From positions 2,080,001 to 2,144,000 of the forward strand of contig CBDETK010000013.1 of NCBI GenBank assembly GCA_965242865.1: a stretch of DNA of 64,000 bases, given 5' to 3'. The DNA comes from Candidatus Latescibacterota bacterium. GTDB taxonomy: Bacteria > Latescibacterota > UBA2968 > UBA8231. Both the position numbers and the translations under genes were made by a program. Positions 10,225 to 20,649 of the stretch are shown one piece after another. The notes under the pieces are model-generated. The model saw nothing but the letters and a program-made list of their open reading frames with translations. It ran no database searches and was not told the origin of the DNA. How positions within the stretch are numbered: the first letter of the stretch is position 1; each line of letters begins with the position of its first letter.

Positions 10225-12900
10225 GTGAAAGGAACGAAAAGCACCCGCTCTTTTGTGCTAACTGTTCTGGTCCCATGTTGTCTCCTGCTGCTCCCCCCGG
10301 TTGGCTCAGCCCAAGAATACGGTGCTCGGCTGGGCACCCTCCAGCCCGGCGGGCACGTTTCCTTTGAGCCTCAAGGGCCTGGGGTTCTCTTCGGGGCCCT
10401 CGATCCGGCCAAGCGCAGGTGGTACGTGCCCCAAGAGCTCTACAACGAGTACCAGTGGCGTCAATGGGAGTATTCCAACTATGCGCGCCAACACTACGAG
10501 CGCTACGTCAGCATCATCAACGAGGGCGACTCGTACTACGACCTCTACGGCAACTTCGTCACCCGAGGTTGGCTCCTTTTTAACAACTCCCAAGCCCAGC
10601 CCCAGCAATTTGGCTCCTCGGTCCTCAAAGGCAGCAATTTCCAAAGTTGGTTCAGTGGGCTGCTGGTCTCGGCCGATGCCAAGGGCCAGCACCACTACTC
10701 AGTGACCATCGGCGATAACATCCGCACCACGCTTACCCCGATGACCTTTTCCAAGCCCCGCTGGGACGGCGTCCAGTTCGACTACGCAGCCGACAAGTAC
10801 CAAGGTACGCTCATCTACTCGCGCCTCAGTCAGCCGGGGGGCAATCCCGACGTAGAAAACCTCGCCACCAACGCCACCTCCCTGATTGGCGGGCGCGGCA
10901 CCCTGCAGGTGGGCGACTTTGCCACCCTAGGCTTGACGGCCGTCAATTCCCACCAGTCCAACACCCTCATCAGCGGCTTTAGGGGCAACCCGGTCACCGG
11001 CAAACTCACGATCGACCAAAACCAGACGATCTCCTTCATCGAGATCGTGCTGCGCGACGACTCGCCCGAAGACCAAACCGGCGGCGCGGCTTTCTTCCCC
11101 ACGGGCTCTGACATCATCATCACCTACGACGACGGCACGGTGGACCGGGGCAAGGACATTCGCTTTGAGCCGATCATCGAAGGCGGCTTTATCCGCCAAG
11201 GCTTTCTCTCGGCCGATGGCACCGAGGAAATTCGCCTGCGCTACGATTTCGACAGCCCGGCGTTTGTCAATCGTTCATCCGGGGCTAAGGAGGCCATCAA
11301 AAAGGTCGAGTTCCGCCTAGTGCTGGGCAATGACTACCAAATCTGGATCTCTTCAAACAACCAACTCAACATCTCGGATGTATCGGTGCTCTTGCTGGTC
11401 GCCCAAGCCGAGGGCAATGTCCAAGACAACACCAACTTGCAGGTCGTCAGCTTTGAGTACGGCTTGCCCACGGCGACTCAAATCTGGGGCGCCACGCTCG
11501 AACTAGCCGAGGTTTTTGGCTTCAACTTCTACGGCGAATACGACTTGAGCTACTCTTATACCCAGTATCCCAACGTGTTGCGCAAAAGCCACTCGACCTC
11601 CGCGGGCCTCCGCGGCGATCGGGCGGCCCCGGCTTGGATGGTCAACCTCTCGCGCAACACGTATCCTTGGTTCGCCTTTGGCGAGGCCTACAGCATGGAC
11701 CCGCGTTACAACACGCGGACCTTCACCACGCTGAGTTCTGGCTTCATCGACTACGAGGACGAACGCGTCCACGTAGTGGAGTTGGTTGAAGACAACGACG
11801 ACCAAGACCGCTATCCCGACACCGTGCGCAAGGATTGGCGGGCCGGCGACCAAGAAGTCTATCCCGGCTGGGACGAGAACAACGACTTCATCTCCGACTT
11901 CAACCAGAACGACAATCGCTTCCTCTCCAACTCCGTTCCCGACTACGAAGAGCCTTTCCTGCGCCACAACGTCGATCATCCCGAGTTCCTCTTTGGCATC
12001 GACCTCAACAACAACGTTTGGATCGACCGCTTTGAAAACGACGAGGCTCCCGACTACCCCTACAAGAAGGACCATCGGGGGTTCAACGTATATGGCGGTA
12101 TGCACCTGACGCCAGCGGTCCGGCTGATGGCCGGGGTCCTGCGCGAGGACCTCATCACCTCGAACCAAGCAAACCGCGTCAACTACGTGCTGTTCACCAT
12201 CGACACGTCCACGCCTAATTGGGGCCGCTTTCGCCTCTTTGAGATGATCAAGTCCGTTGCGGACGACATTCCCGACGACCTGCAACAGTGGTTGCCCAAC
12301 GCCAATATCCGCACTGGCGAATCGACCAAAATCGAGGACCCCCTCATCGCGCGCGACACTTACGTCAACGCCCTGTGGCTGGGCCACGACTACCAGCACG
12401 GCGGCTTCGTCGCCAAGAACTTTCTCAAGTACGACCTGTACTATCAGCGCCTCGACGCGGACCAACGCGCCCCCTTGGGCCTGCGCCAGCGCGACTTTTT
12501 CTTTGGCTTCGTCAACAAAGTGAGCTACCGCATCAACCTAGGCCGCCTCTGGATTGAGCCGCGCTGGAAGAGCCAGTACCGCCAACAGACCATCGACCTG
12601 CTTTCGCAGGAAAAACGCACCGAACTGGCCGAAATCGGCGGTTTCCTGCTGGGTTTTCCCATGCTCCAGCACACGACCCTGCGGTTCGGCTTGGAGTTGA
12701 CCTTTGTCAACGATTTCGAGCGCGACCTCAACGACTTTAACAGCATCGTCGGTGCCGCCCAGTTCACGAATGTATCCGACTATCTGGGCTATAAGCTCAC
12801 CACGCAGATGGGCATGCGGATAGATCGCCGCAACCCCAAGGGCGACGAATCGGAAACCATCACCGAAAGTTTCATCGCCGTGTACGCCGGCCTGCAATAG
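10225..12900 (+). CDS. ~890-aa exported Asp/Asn-rich protein, putative outer-membrane beta-barrel, module A
   Basis: GAGGAGG SD and GTG start. Signal peptide present. DxNDD/DENND calcium-binding-like loops. The C-terminal third shows alternating hydrophobic beta-strand patterns. Closely paralogous to 26245-28914. Confidence 0.6.
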   Translation: MKGTKSTRSFVLTVLVPCCLLLLPPVGSAQEYGARLGTLQPGGHVSFEPQGPGVLFGALDPAKRRWYVPQELYNEYQWRQWEYSNYARQHYERYVSIINEGDSYYDLYGNFVTRGWLLFNNSQAQPQQFGSSVLKGSNFQSWFSGLLVSADAKGQHHYSVTIGDNIRTTLTPMTFSKPRWDGVQFDYAADKYQGTLIYSRLSQPGGNPDVENLATNATSLIGGRGTLQVGDFATLGLTAVNSHQSNTLISGFRGNPVTGKLTIDQNQTISFIEIVLRDDSPEDQTGGAAFFPTGSDIIITYDDGTVDRGKDIRFEPIIEGGFIRQGFLSADGTEEIRLRYDFDSPAFVNRSSGAKEAIKKVEFRLVLGNDYQIWISSNNQLNISDVSVLLLVAQAEGNVQDNTNLQVVSFEYGLPTATQIWGATLELAEVFGFNFYGEYDLSYSYTQYPNVLRKSHSTSAGLRGDRAAPAWMVNLSRNTYPWFAFGEAYSMDPRYNTRTFTTLSSGFIDYEDERVHVVELVEDNDDQDRYPDTVRKDWRAGDQEVYPGWDENNDFISDFNQNDNRFLSNSVPDYEEPFLRHNVDHPEFLFGIDLNNNVWIDRFENDEAPDYPYKKDHRGFNVYGGMHLTPAVRLMAGVLREDLITSNQANRVNYVLFTIDTSTPNWGRFRLFEMIKSVADDIPDDLQQWLPNANIRTGESTKIEDPLIARDTYVNALWLGHDYQHGGFVAKNFLKYDLYYQRLDADQRAPLGLRQRDFFFGFVNKVSYRINLGRLWIEPRWKSQYRQQTIDLLSQEKRTELAEIGGFLLGFPMLQHTTLRFGLELTFVNDFERDLNDFNSIVGAAQFTNVSDYLGYKLTTQMGMRIDRRNPKGDESETITESFIAVYAGLQ

Positions 12901-12910
12901 CTTCGGCCTT

Positions 12911-15181
12911 ATGGCCCCGAGCGTTCCGATCGGCCGCGGCGAACTTTGGACTGGGAGCCTCATCGTCCTGCTGGCCTTGGGGCTGCGCCTCTACTACCTG
13001 AACGAACTCTCGTCAAGCCCGCTTTTCGCCGTTCCGGTCGTCGATGCTCGGACCTATGTCGATGACGCCCGCTACCTCAGCGAGGTCTCTTGGGCTGGGC
13101 GTCCGACGCCCTTTTGGCAACCGCCGCTCTATTCCTATCTACTCGGCTTGCTCTTCGCCGTAGGCGGCGAAAATTACTACCTGCCCCGCCTGCTCCAAGC
13201 CCTATTCGGGGCGCTCGTCTGTGGGGGGACCTACCTGCTCGGTCTTCGGCTCTTTCCCCCGGCCGTGGCGCTCGGCGCGGGGCTGGCCGCCGCTTTCTAC
13301 GGCCCGCTCATGTACTTTGGCGGCGAATTACTGCCCACCACCTTGGCCCTCCTCCTCCACTTGGCTTTGCTGCTGTTGCTGCTCACCGCTCCCCTAAAAC
13401 GGCGTTGGCCGTGGCTGCTCGCCGGTCTGGTACTGGGGCTGGCCGCCCTAGCGGTGGCCAACATTCTCCTGTTCGCGCCGGTATTGCTTCTTTGGCTTTG
13501 GTTTTCTCGCGGGAGCTTTGTCCAGCGAGGAGCCTCGTTTTTCCTCGGCCTCGCGCTGGTCGTGGCCCCGGTCGCGGGGCGCAATTATCTAGTCGGCAAC
13601 GACTCGGTGCTCATCTCGCACAACGCCGGCATCAACTTCTACATTGGCAACAACCCCGATTACCAGCGCACGGTCGAGATCCGCCCGGGCAGGGCTTGGC
13701 TCCAGCTAGTGGAAATGCCCGAGCGCGAAGCCGGCATTGAACGCCCATCGGCTAAATCCCGTTTCTTCTTCGCCCGTTCCTATGACTTTGCCGTTGCGAA
13801 TCCGCTCGACTATGCGCGGCTCCAGCTTTACAAGCTCTATCTGTTTTGGCACGGCGACGAAATAAAGCGCAACATCGATCCATATTTTGCCCGCCGCGAC
13901 TCAGTGCTTTTGGCCGTCCTCTTGTGGAAAAAGGGCGTGGCCTTCCCCTTCGGATTGGTAGCCCCGTTGGCCCTCATCGGCCTAGTGCTCTTTGCGCGCA
14001 CTGCGGCGGGCAAGACCGAGCAGGGGCAACTCTGCTTGCTATTCACGCTGACGTACATGGTCTCGGTGGTCGGCTTCTTCGTCACCGCGCGCTACCGGCT
14101 GCCCGTCGTGCCCTTGCTTTTACTTTACGCCGGTTTTGGGCTGTACTCGCTGTGGAAAGAAGGACCCCAGCGCCGGAAGGCCCTAGTGGCTTTGCCCCTG
14201 CTATTGCTCATGGCCAATCTCGGCGCCGGGGCTATGGACGAGGAGGGCGAACCTCAGCAGCACTTCTGGCTGGGCTATGCTTACGAGCGCAAAGGGATGC
14301 CGGCCAATGCCATGCGCGAATACAAGTGGGTCCTCAACCGGCGGCCCGACCACGACGACGCGCTCTTGCGCCTAGCCGCTCTCTACGTCGAAGAAAAGGA
14401 CTACCACAAGGCCGTTGAACTCTACCGAAAATACTTGGAGTTCTACCCCGAGGCGGCCCGGGTCCGCTACTTTCTCGGCAATGCCCTATTGCAGACGCGC
14501 CACTACGAGGACGCTATTGCGATCTACGAGCAAGTAGTCCAAAAGCGCCCCCACTGGGCGGCCCTCCACGGCCGAATCGGCTATGCCCACGCCATGGCGG
14601 GCCAGCTCGGGCCAGCCGCCGCCGCCTACCGCCGCACCCTAGCGTTGCGTCCCGACTCTACCTTGGTGCGGTACCAGTTGGCCCGGCTCTACGAAACAGA
14701 AGGCCAGTTGCCGGCCGCGGCCGCTGAGTACCGCACGTTGCTGGAGCAAGCCCCTACCGAACCCGAGTACCGCATCCGCTTAGCCGAGCTGCTCGTCGCG
14801 GAAGCAGCCGCGGGACAAACGACCGCGCTCTTGCAGCAGACGCTCCAGACCCAGCGGGCCGAGGTCCTTTTGCGCCGAGCTATCGACCTCGATCCAAGTC
14901 GCGTCCAAGGCTATTGGAGCATGGGGTTACTCTTGGCGCGACAGCAGCGCTATTCCCAAGCGTTAGGATTCTTTGAGAAAATTGCCGAACTCGCGCCGCA
15001 GGATGCCCAAGTACACGCCTGTCTGGGCAATCTGTACGAGCGTCTCGGGCGCGAAGCAAAAGCGCGGGAACACTTTGCGTACTACGACCAACTCAAGCGC
15101 AAACGGCGGTTGCAGGACAAAGCGCGGGCCGAAGTAAAAAAGAATGTAGAACTGGTAGAGAAAATATTCGGGGCGCGATAG
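12911..15181 (+). CDS. GT-C (PMT/ArnT-like, GT39-type) membrane glycosyltransferase with a C-terminal TPR array
   Basis: Many TM helices. First-loop motif DARTY...PFWQPPLY, then NFYIGNNP and RYRLP, followed by many TPR-like repeats. Confidence 0.8.
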   Translation: MAPSVPIGRGELWTGSLIVLLALGLRLYYLNELSSSPLFAVPVVDARTYVDDARYLSEVSWAGRPTPFWQPPLYSYLLGLLFAVGGENYYLPRLLQALFGALVCGGTYLLGLRLFPPAVALGAGLAAAFYGPLMYFGGELLPTTLALLLHLALLLLLLTAPLKRRWPWLLAGLVLGLAALAVANILLFAPVLLLWLWFSRGSFVQRGASFFLGLALVVAPVAGRNYLVGNDSVLISHNAGINFYIGNNPDYQRTVEIRPGRAWLQLVEMPEREAGIERPSAKSRFFFARSYDFAVANPLDYARLQLYKLYLFWHGDEIKRNIDPYFARRDSVLLAVLLWKKGVAFPFGLVAPLALIGLVLFARTAAGKTEQGQLCLLFTLTYMVSVVGFFVTARYRLPVVPLLLLYAGFGLYSLWKEGPQRRKALVALPLLLLMANLGAGAMDEEGEPQQHFWLGYAYERKGMPANAMREYKWVLNRRPDHDDALLRLAALYVEEKDYHKAVELYRKYLEFYPEAARVRYFLGNALLQTRHYEDAIAIYEQVVQKRPHWAALHGRIGYAHAMAGQLGPAAAAYRRTLALRPDSTLVRYQLARLYETEGQLPAAAAEYRTLLEQAPTEPEYRIRLAELLVAEAAAGQTTALLQQTLQTQRAEVLLRRAIDLDPSRVQGYWSMGLLLARQQRYSQALGFFEKIAELAPQDAQVHACLGNLYERLGREAKAREHFAYYDQLKRKRRLQDKARAEVKKNVELVEKIFGAR

Positions 15182-15190
15182 CAGCCGCGT

Positions 15191-17308
15191 TTAGTATGCC
15201 ACGCCCACTAGCCGGGCCTGCTCGTCGCGTTGCGCGTCCCCTTCTACTGCCAACCGCACGATGTAGAGCCCTGGCGGGACTAGCCGCCCTTGGGCATCGC
15301 GGCCGTCCCACGCCTTGTCTTCGTAGCGGCCATTGCGTTCGGGAGCGTCGTGGACGAGGCGAATTAACCGGCCGCTTAGGTCGTACACGGCGATCGCTAC
15401 CGGGCGGGCCACATCCAACGAGAGCAAGTTGTAGTATATCCTCGCCCTATCGTTGACCCGGTCCCCGTTGGGGGTAAAGACCGCCGGCGCGATCTCTACC
15501 TTGTCTAGCAAACGGCCTTGGCGCAGCATGGCGGGGCTCAGTACCGTGGTGCCGGATAGGTCGGCATTGTCGCCGGCCGCCAGCGTTGCAGCATCCCCCG
15601 AAACCACAGCTTGGGATATGCGCCCCTCTTCGCTGAACAGCCGGACGGCCGCGGTAAAGTTGGTGCTATAGGTCAGCACCTCGGTGCGAAAGTGAATTTT
15701 TACCAGCGCATCCCCCTCCTGTAGGAAGGGAATCCGCACGGAGAATTTGTCGTCTTCTACGGCGAGAATTTGGAATCCGTCAGCGCGGGTCGCGTCCGCG
15801 AGCCCAGCAAAGACGCGCTCGGCGACGAGTTGCCCGGTTCCATCCTCCAGCACTAGTCGGTCTATGCTCTCTACTCGGGTGGGGGTGAATATCTCTATGG
15901 TGTCAAAACCGCGCAGGCCGGCCGTCTCCAAGACCGGACGGATGGCATACGTGAAGCCCGTGTTTTCGGCTGTGCGAACCTCGCGCGGAAAAATCTCGCC
16001 GATCACTTGGTCGGCAAAGGGCGGCGTCAGCACATCAAAACTCAGGGATTTCAGCCCTCGGGCTGCGGCTAGGTCGTCGCTTTGAAAAAAAACTTGGAAC
16101 TGGAAGTACCGGTTTGGGCTGGGCGAGGCGATTGGAATTCCCGGGCCGTTGGCCGCACGCGCGGGATAGGGGGTGCTGAACGGGCTCCAGTTGATTAGAT
16201 CGTCCCGGACGAGGCCCGGGTTCCACTGGCGGCCTAGGGCGTCGTCCTTGGGCAGGGTCTCGTACTCGGCTAGTTCCATTGCTTGGGTCGGGTCCGCCAA
16301 CGAGAGCGGAATCTCCTCGGCGTCGCGCTGACCCGCTAACAGCCGCGTAAAGACAAAGGGCGTGGCATCGTTGGCCGTGCGGGTGCGGATCTGCAACCGG
16401 GAAAACACCTCGGGGCCGACGACTTCTTCTACCCAGCGCATGTCGCCCCAGAGGGCGGGCTGGCCGGCGTCGAATATATCCGAAATGTACCGGGCTTCGG
16501 AAAGAAAGCCCGTGCCGTACACCTCGAATTCGTCGAGCTCGAAGTTGACCGTAGAGGTGGCGCGCAGGCGCACGAACTGGACGTACCTGGGCGGGTCTAT
16601 CGCCACATCGACGACGGGGCTTTCGTTGTCGGCCTGCAACAGCAGGGGGTCCCAGATCAAACTGCCGTCGTCGGTCAAGCTAATCCCGTCGTTGGTGAAA
16701 AGCTCAAAGGCCCGCAAGAAGTCGTTGTGAAAGGGCGTGGTTGGGGATTTATGCACGGTATTGCGCGGATAGAAGCGGATGCGATTGACGCCAAACCGCC
16801 CCCCCAAGTTGAGGATTACCAGCGTGCCCAGCGCGTTGAAATTCTTGCGCTCAAACGCCTGCTTTTCACCGCCCTTCTCGCTCGTGAGCAACTCCTCCAA
16901 AGCCAGACGGAGGTCGTTGCGATCAAATATGCTACCACTGGCGACGCCGATGTCGCGTCCAAAGTCAAAGATGTTGGGCGCGTCTATGTTGCCGCCCCGC
17001 GCCACCGTGTTGTTGGCGATGTTTTCGCCGTCTTCTATGCGCAGGGGAAAGATGCCGCGGGGAAAATCGGGATGCGCGAATTCGACTAGATTCCCCGGGG
17101 CGTTGCCCACGAGTAGGCGGTTGGGATTGAGGGGCGACCGATGCTCTGCGTCAATGACCGCCACCGCGGCCCGGCCCTCGCCCCGCCAATCCAAGTCGCC
17201 CCCCTCCCCCAAGGCCACGGTTTCGAGGGCAAAAACCGGGCCCCAAACGACCGCTAGCAACCCTGATGCTAGCGCAAAAATGCGCGAACAACAGCCCAAT
17301 ACACGCAT
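15191..17308 (-). CDS. Secreted FlgD-Ig/CHU_C-tailed protein, module A
   Basis: Signal peptide. Family motifs RIRFYPR, EFEVYGTGF, IRTRT, SPSPNRYFQ, GEIFP. Tail FTPNGDRVND...WDGRD..GRLVPPGLY...VGVAY. Confidence 0.8.
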   Translation of the reverse strand: MRVLGCCSRIFALASGLLAVVWGPVFALETVALGEGGDLDWRGEGRAAVAVIDAEHRSPLNPNRLLVGNAPGNLVEFAHPDFPRGIFPLRIEDGENIANNTVARGGNIDAPNIFDFGRDIGVASGSIFDRNDLRLALEELLTSEKGGEKQAFERKNFNALGTLVILNLGGRFGVNRIRFYPRNTVHKSPTTPFHNDFLRAFELFTNDGISLTDDGSLIWDPLLLQADNESPVVDVAIDPPRYVQFVRLRATSTVNFELDEFEVYGTGFLSEARYISDIFDAGQPALWGDMRWVEEVVGPEVFSRLQIRTRTANDATPFVFTRLLAGQRDAEEIPLSLADPTQAMELAEYETLPKDDALGRQWNPGLVRDDLINWSPFSTPYPARAANGPGIPIASPSPNRYFQFQVFFQSDDLAAARGLKSLSFDVLTPPFADQVIGEIFPREVRTAENTGFTYAIRPVLETAGLRGFDTIEIFTPTRVESIDRLVLEDGTGQLVAERVFAGLADATRADGFQILAVEDDKFSVRIPFLQEGDALVKIHFRTEVLTYSTNFTAAVRLFSEEGRISQAVVSGDAATLAAGDNADLSGTTVLSPAMLRQGRLLDKVEIAPAVFTPNGDRVNDRARIYYNLLSLDVARPVAIAVYDLSGRLIRLVHDAPERNGRYEDKAWDGRDAQGRLVPPGLYIVRLAVEGDAQRDEQARLVGVAY

Positions 17309-17447
17309 TGAAGCACTCCAATAAACCGAGACCGCGGCACCTGTTGGCCGCCAGTGCTTGTGAAATGACTTTTGGCAACGAGTCGATATGGCTTTATTTT
17401 GCCTTTAGATATGAGAATCTCGTCCCCCAGTCAAGGAAGGATGAGCC

Positions 17448-19571
17448 ATGCTTAGGTCTTTGTCTTTCTGCGTCTGCACGGTCCTGCTCACCGCTGCTTG
17501 GGTGAACGCCCGAACCGAGTACCATCTGGGAGGGGTGGAAGGCCCGTCTTGGCAAGACGCCCGCAGCCAAGCCGAAGTGGGTGCGTATCGCGTCTATGAC
17601 GCCAACGGCGAATTGCTCCGAAGCGTCGCCGTGGGCACGGCCCCGCAAGAGACCGGCGGAGACACCCTCGTCGATTTCTCCGACCGCTCCATCCGCCCGC
17701 GCTTCATCGACCCGCACGAAAATTTAGCCCTGACCGATCTAAGCGCCGAATCAAACGAAGTCCCCCTGAATTTCACCGGCGGAGAGGTCAGCGTATCCTA
17801 CGGCAATGGGACCTCGGCGTACAATTGCCTTTTTGCCGGCAACAACGCCCCCCTCAACAAGCTCATGCTCGACGCCAACCCCGTATCCGCTCAGTTCCGC
17901 CCCTTTACGCAGGACCCGAACAAAGCACCGGGCATTGGCAAAGGGCGTCCTTTTTACGATGCGATCATATTCGATTTCGGGGCCAATGTGCCGATCAACC
18001 GCATTCGCTTTTATCCGCGCCTCAGTCAAGAGGAAGACCGCTTACAGATCGAAAGTTTTGCCGCGCCCAAGCCGGCCCTTGAGTCCTTTGGCGCAGACAG
18101 CTTCGCCGATAATTTCGTCGGCTGGTTTGACATCCGCGTGGGCGATGCTTCGCTGCCCTTTCAAGATGGCGCGTGCGGTCGCACCCCCGGCCGACGCTGG
18201 ATCACGCGAAACGACCCCTTGCTGACCGAGCTGTACTCCACCCGCGAAAACCTAGACGTGGTGACGGACCTGAGCTTCCCGCCTAAGTCCATTCGCTTCC
18301 TCGCCTTCCAAGCCTTCCCCTTGCGCAACTGGGAAATCGCCGAGTTTGAAATCTACGGCGAGGGATTCGTCGAAGAGATGATTTACATTACCCAAATTTT
18401 GGACTTTGGCCGCCCGGTCAGCTATGGTCAGATCCGCTGGAGCGGCGAGTTGCCCGAGGGCACCCGGGCCGAGATCCGCACCCGTACCGGACACACCCCG
18501 GACCCCAAGCTCTACTTCGTCCTCAACAACAATGGCGATCTAGACCCGATCACCCTGAAGGAGTACTTAAAGATCGACGCGCTGTCCCGCCTGCCCACCC
18601 AGTACGATGCTGAAAATTGGAGTTTCTGGTCGCCGCCCTACGATTTCGCGGCCGGCTTGCGCGACGAGGCTTTGCCCGCCGAATTTTGGCAGGATGGCAC
18701 GCCCCTGCTCTCGCCAGGGCCTAGCCGCTATATCCAGATCGCCATCCGGTTTTTTTCGCTGCCCTTTGCCGCCCCTCGGCTCGATCAACTCTCGCTCCAG
18801 TTGGGGGAGGCCCCTTCGGCCCAAGAAGTCGTCGGCGAGATTTGGCCCATTGAAGTCGATTCCTTCGGCCCTGCCACCTTCACCTATATCGTGTTGCCCT
18901 CCTTTGAGGCGGACAATATCGGTTTCAACCACCTAGAAATTCTCACCCACGCCCGGGTCGATACCATCGAGGCGGTCGTCCTCGACGGGACTGTAGTGGA
19001 TCCTAGCCTCTTTCCGCATCAGATCTTCGACGACCGGATCGTGGTCGAATTTCCAGAGGTGAAGGGCGAAGAGGATAGCTTCAAGCAGTTGGAGGTGATC
19101 TTCAACGCGCCCGTGCTGCGCTTTGGGACCGAATTCAGTGGCTGGGTTTTTAACAGCGAGGACCCCGATCAAATTCGCCAACAGGTCCGGCCGGGCAACG
19201 CGACCTTCCGTTTTTCCGGCGATGTACTCGCCGTGAAAACCCCGGTGGGCGGCAATTTGCTGGTCAATGTGGAAGTCGGCCCCAACCCCTTTACGCCCAA
19301 TGGCGACGGCCTCAACGAGACCCTGACCATCGCGTACAGTTTGCGCGAGGTGGCAACCGATCGCACCGTCTCCGTGCATATCTATAATCTAGCCGGGCAA
19401 GAGGTGGCTGCATTGCCCCCAACGCGGTCTCGCAGCGGCCAATTTCGCCAAGAGTGGGACGGCACCGACGCCAACGGCCAGCGAGTCCCGCCCGGGATTT
19501 ACCTATACGACCTATCCCTCAATGTCGAACAAAAAGAAAGAACAATGGGATTTCTCGCGGTGGCATATTGA
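17448..19571 (+). CDS. Secreted FlgD-Ig/CHU_C-tailed protein, module A
   Basis: AAGGAAGG SD. Signal peptide. Motifs RIRFYPR, EFEIYGEGF, EIRTRTG, SPGPSRYIQ, GEIWP. Tail PNPFTPNGDGLNE...WDGTDANGQRVPPGIY...LAVAY. Confidence 0.8.
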   Translation: MLRSLSFCVCTVLLTAAWVNARTEYHLGGVEGPSWQDARSQAEVGAYRVYDANGELLRSVAVGTAPQETGGDTLVDFSDRSIRPRFIDPHENLALTDLSAESNEVPLNFTGGEVSVSYGNGTSAYNCLFAGNNAPLNKLMLDANPVSAQFRPFTQDPNKAPGIGKGRPFYDAIIFDFGANVPINRIRFYPRLSQEEDRLQIESFAAPKPALESFGADSFADNFVGWFDIRVGDASLPFQDGACGRTPGRRWITRNDPLLTELYSTRENLDVVTDLSFPPKSIRFLAFQAFPLRNWEIAEFEIYGEGFVEEMIYITQILDFGRPVSYGQIRWSGELPEGTRAEIRTRTGHTPDPKLYFVLNNNGDLDPITLKEYLKIDALSRLPTQYDAENWSFWSPPYDFAAGLRDEALPAEFWQDGTPLLSPGPSRYIQIAIRFFSLPFAAPRLDQLSLQLGEAPSAQEVVGEIWPIEVDSFGPATFTYIVLPSFEADNIGFNHLEILTHARVDTIEAVVLDGTVVDPSLFPHQIFDDRIVVEFPEVKGEEDSFKQLEVIFNAPVLRFGTEFSGWVFNSEDPDQIRQQVRPGNATFRFSGDVLAVKTPVGGNLLVNVEVGPNPFTPNGDGLNETLTIAYSLREVATDRTVSVHIYNLAGQEVAALPPTRSRSGQFRQEWDGTDANGQRVPPGIYLYDLSLNVEQKERTMGFLAVAY

Positions 19572-19591
19572 GTTCTGGACGCGCGATTTGT

Positions 19592-19620
19592 TTGACATTT
19601 TTTTGCGATTGTCGTAGGGT
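19592..19620 (+). promoter_or_regulatory. Sigma70-like promoter for the 19742 gene
   Basis: TTGACA (19592-19597), a 17-bp spacer, then TAGGGT (19615-19620, TAnnnT), in an AT-rich intergenic stretch. Confidence 0.6.
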
Positions 19621-19741
19621 ATAGCCCAATGCTGGCACGAAGCCAAATTTTCCAGAGCCGGTCGTCGAAAGGAGGTTTTTTCGGCAGGCGATTCCTTCGC
19701 AACGCATCCCCTACTCAACTATTCTGAGGAGGTTTCTCGAC

Positions 19742-20629
19742 ATGCAAAAAATCGCAAAAGGACTGATGGTCCTGCTCGTATCGGCTGGGCTCGCTAACGC
19801 CCACAACCCGCCGGGTGAGTTCTTCTTTCTCTTTCAGTTTCCCGATAACGCTGTGCCAACTATAGACGGCGACCTTTCGGACTGGAGTATCGTCCCGGAC
19901 AAGCCTTACGTGATTCGCAGCGACAAGCTCTACGACCCCGCTCAGTTCCACGAAGCGGGTCGCGGCGAGCTCGATCTCAGCGACTTCAACCCGCTGCACA
20001 TCCTCGGTTGGAACGAAAATCTCAACAAGCTCTATTTCGCCAACCAAGTCTTTGACAACATCCACAATACCGACCGCGAAGACCCGGCCCGCCATTGGGA
20101 CGACGACAACTGGGAGGTTGAAGTCAACCCGACCCACCTAGCGGCCGACGAGCAGAACCTCGCGGACGAGCCCGTCAACCGGATCGCCTATAAATGGGTC
20201 GTGCCGCCACTCGAGGGCGTCTATCAGTCGCTCGAGCCCATCGGCAACCTAGCTTGGCTTTCGGACGGCGGCGACTTTACTTCGTTTGGCTGGTCCTTCG
20301 ACGGCGACATGTTCGGCGAAAGTACCTATTACTACGAGCTGGGTATTACGCCGATTGCCTTGATCCCCCGGGAGAATGCCACGCCCGACAACATCGAGAT
20401 TTACGACCTCGAAGAGGACGATATCATCCATATCTCGATCAACAACGGCGATATTGACGCGCCCCAGTCCGACCACGCCTATCAGGGCTTTTGGGGCACC
20501 ACCCCAGAGAGCAGCAATATCGCGCTCAACGACTTTGTCCTCGCGCCGCTCGAAGAGGGGATTGACTTTTCGGAGACGAGCGTCGAAGCAACCAGTTGGG
20601 GCCAGCTCAAGAGCAGCTTGGGTCGATAA
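19742..20629 (+). CDS. Small acidic secreted protein (CBM9/DOMON-like N-terminal motif) with a C-terminal SVEATSWGQLK motif, module A
   Basis: GAGGAGG SD. Signal peptide ending ANA-H. FQFPD..VPTIDGDLSDW motif. Paralogous to 29054-29929. Confidence 0.65.
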   Translation: MQKIAKGLMVLLVSAGLANAHNPPGEFFFLFQFPDNAVPTIDGDLSDWSIVPDKPYVIRSDKLYDPAQFHEAGRGELDLSDFNPLHILGWNENLNKLYFANQVFDNIHNTDREDPARHWDDDNWEVEVNPTHLAADEQNLADEPVNRIAYKWVVPPLEGVYQSLEPIGNLAWLSDGGDFTSFGWSFDGDMFGESTYYYELGITPIALIPRENATPDNIEIYDLEEDDIIHISINNGDIDAPQSDHAYQGFWGTTPESSNIALNDFVLAPLEEGIDFSETSVEATSWGQLKSSLGR

Positions 20630-20649
20630 CCCTACCTGCTAGTTAGCGC

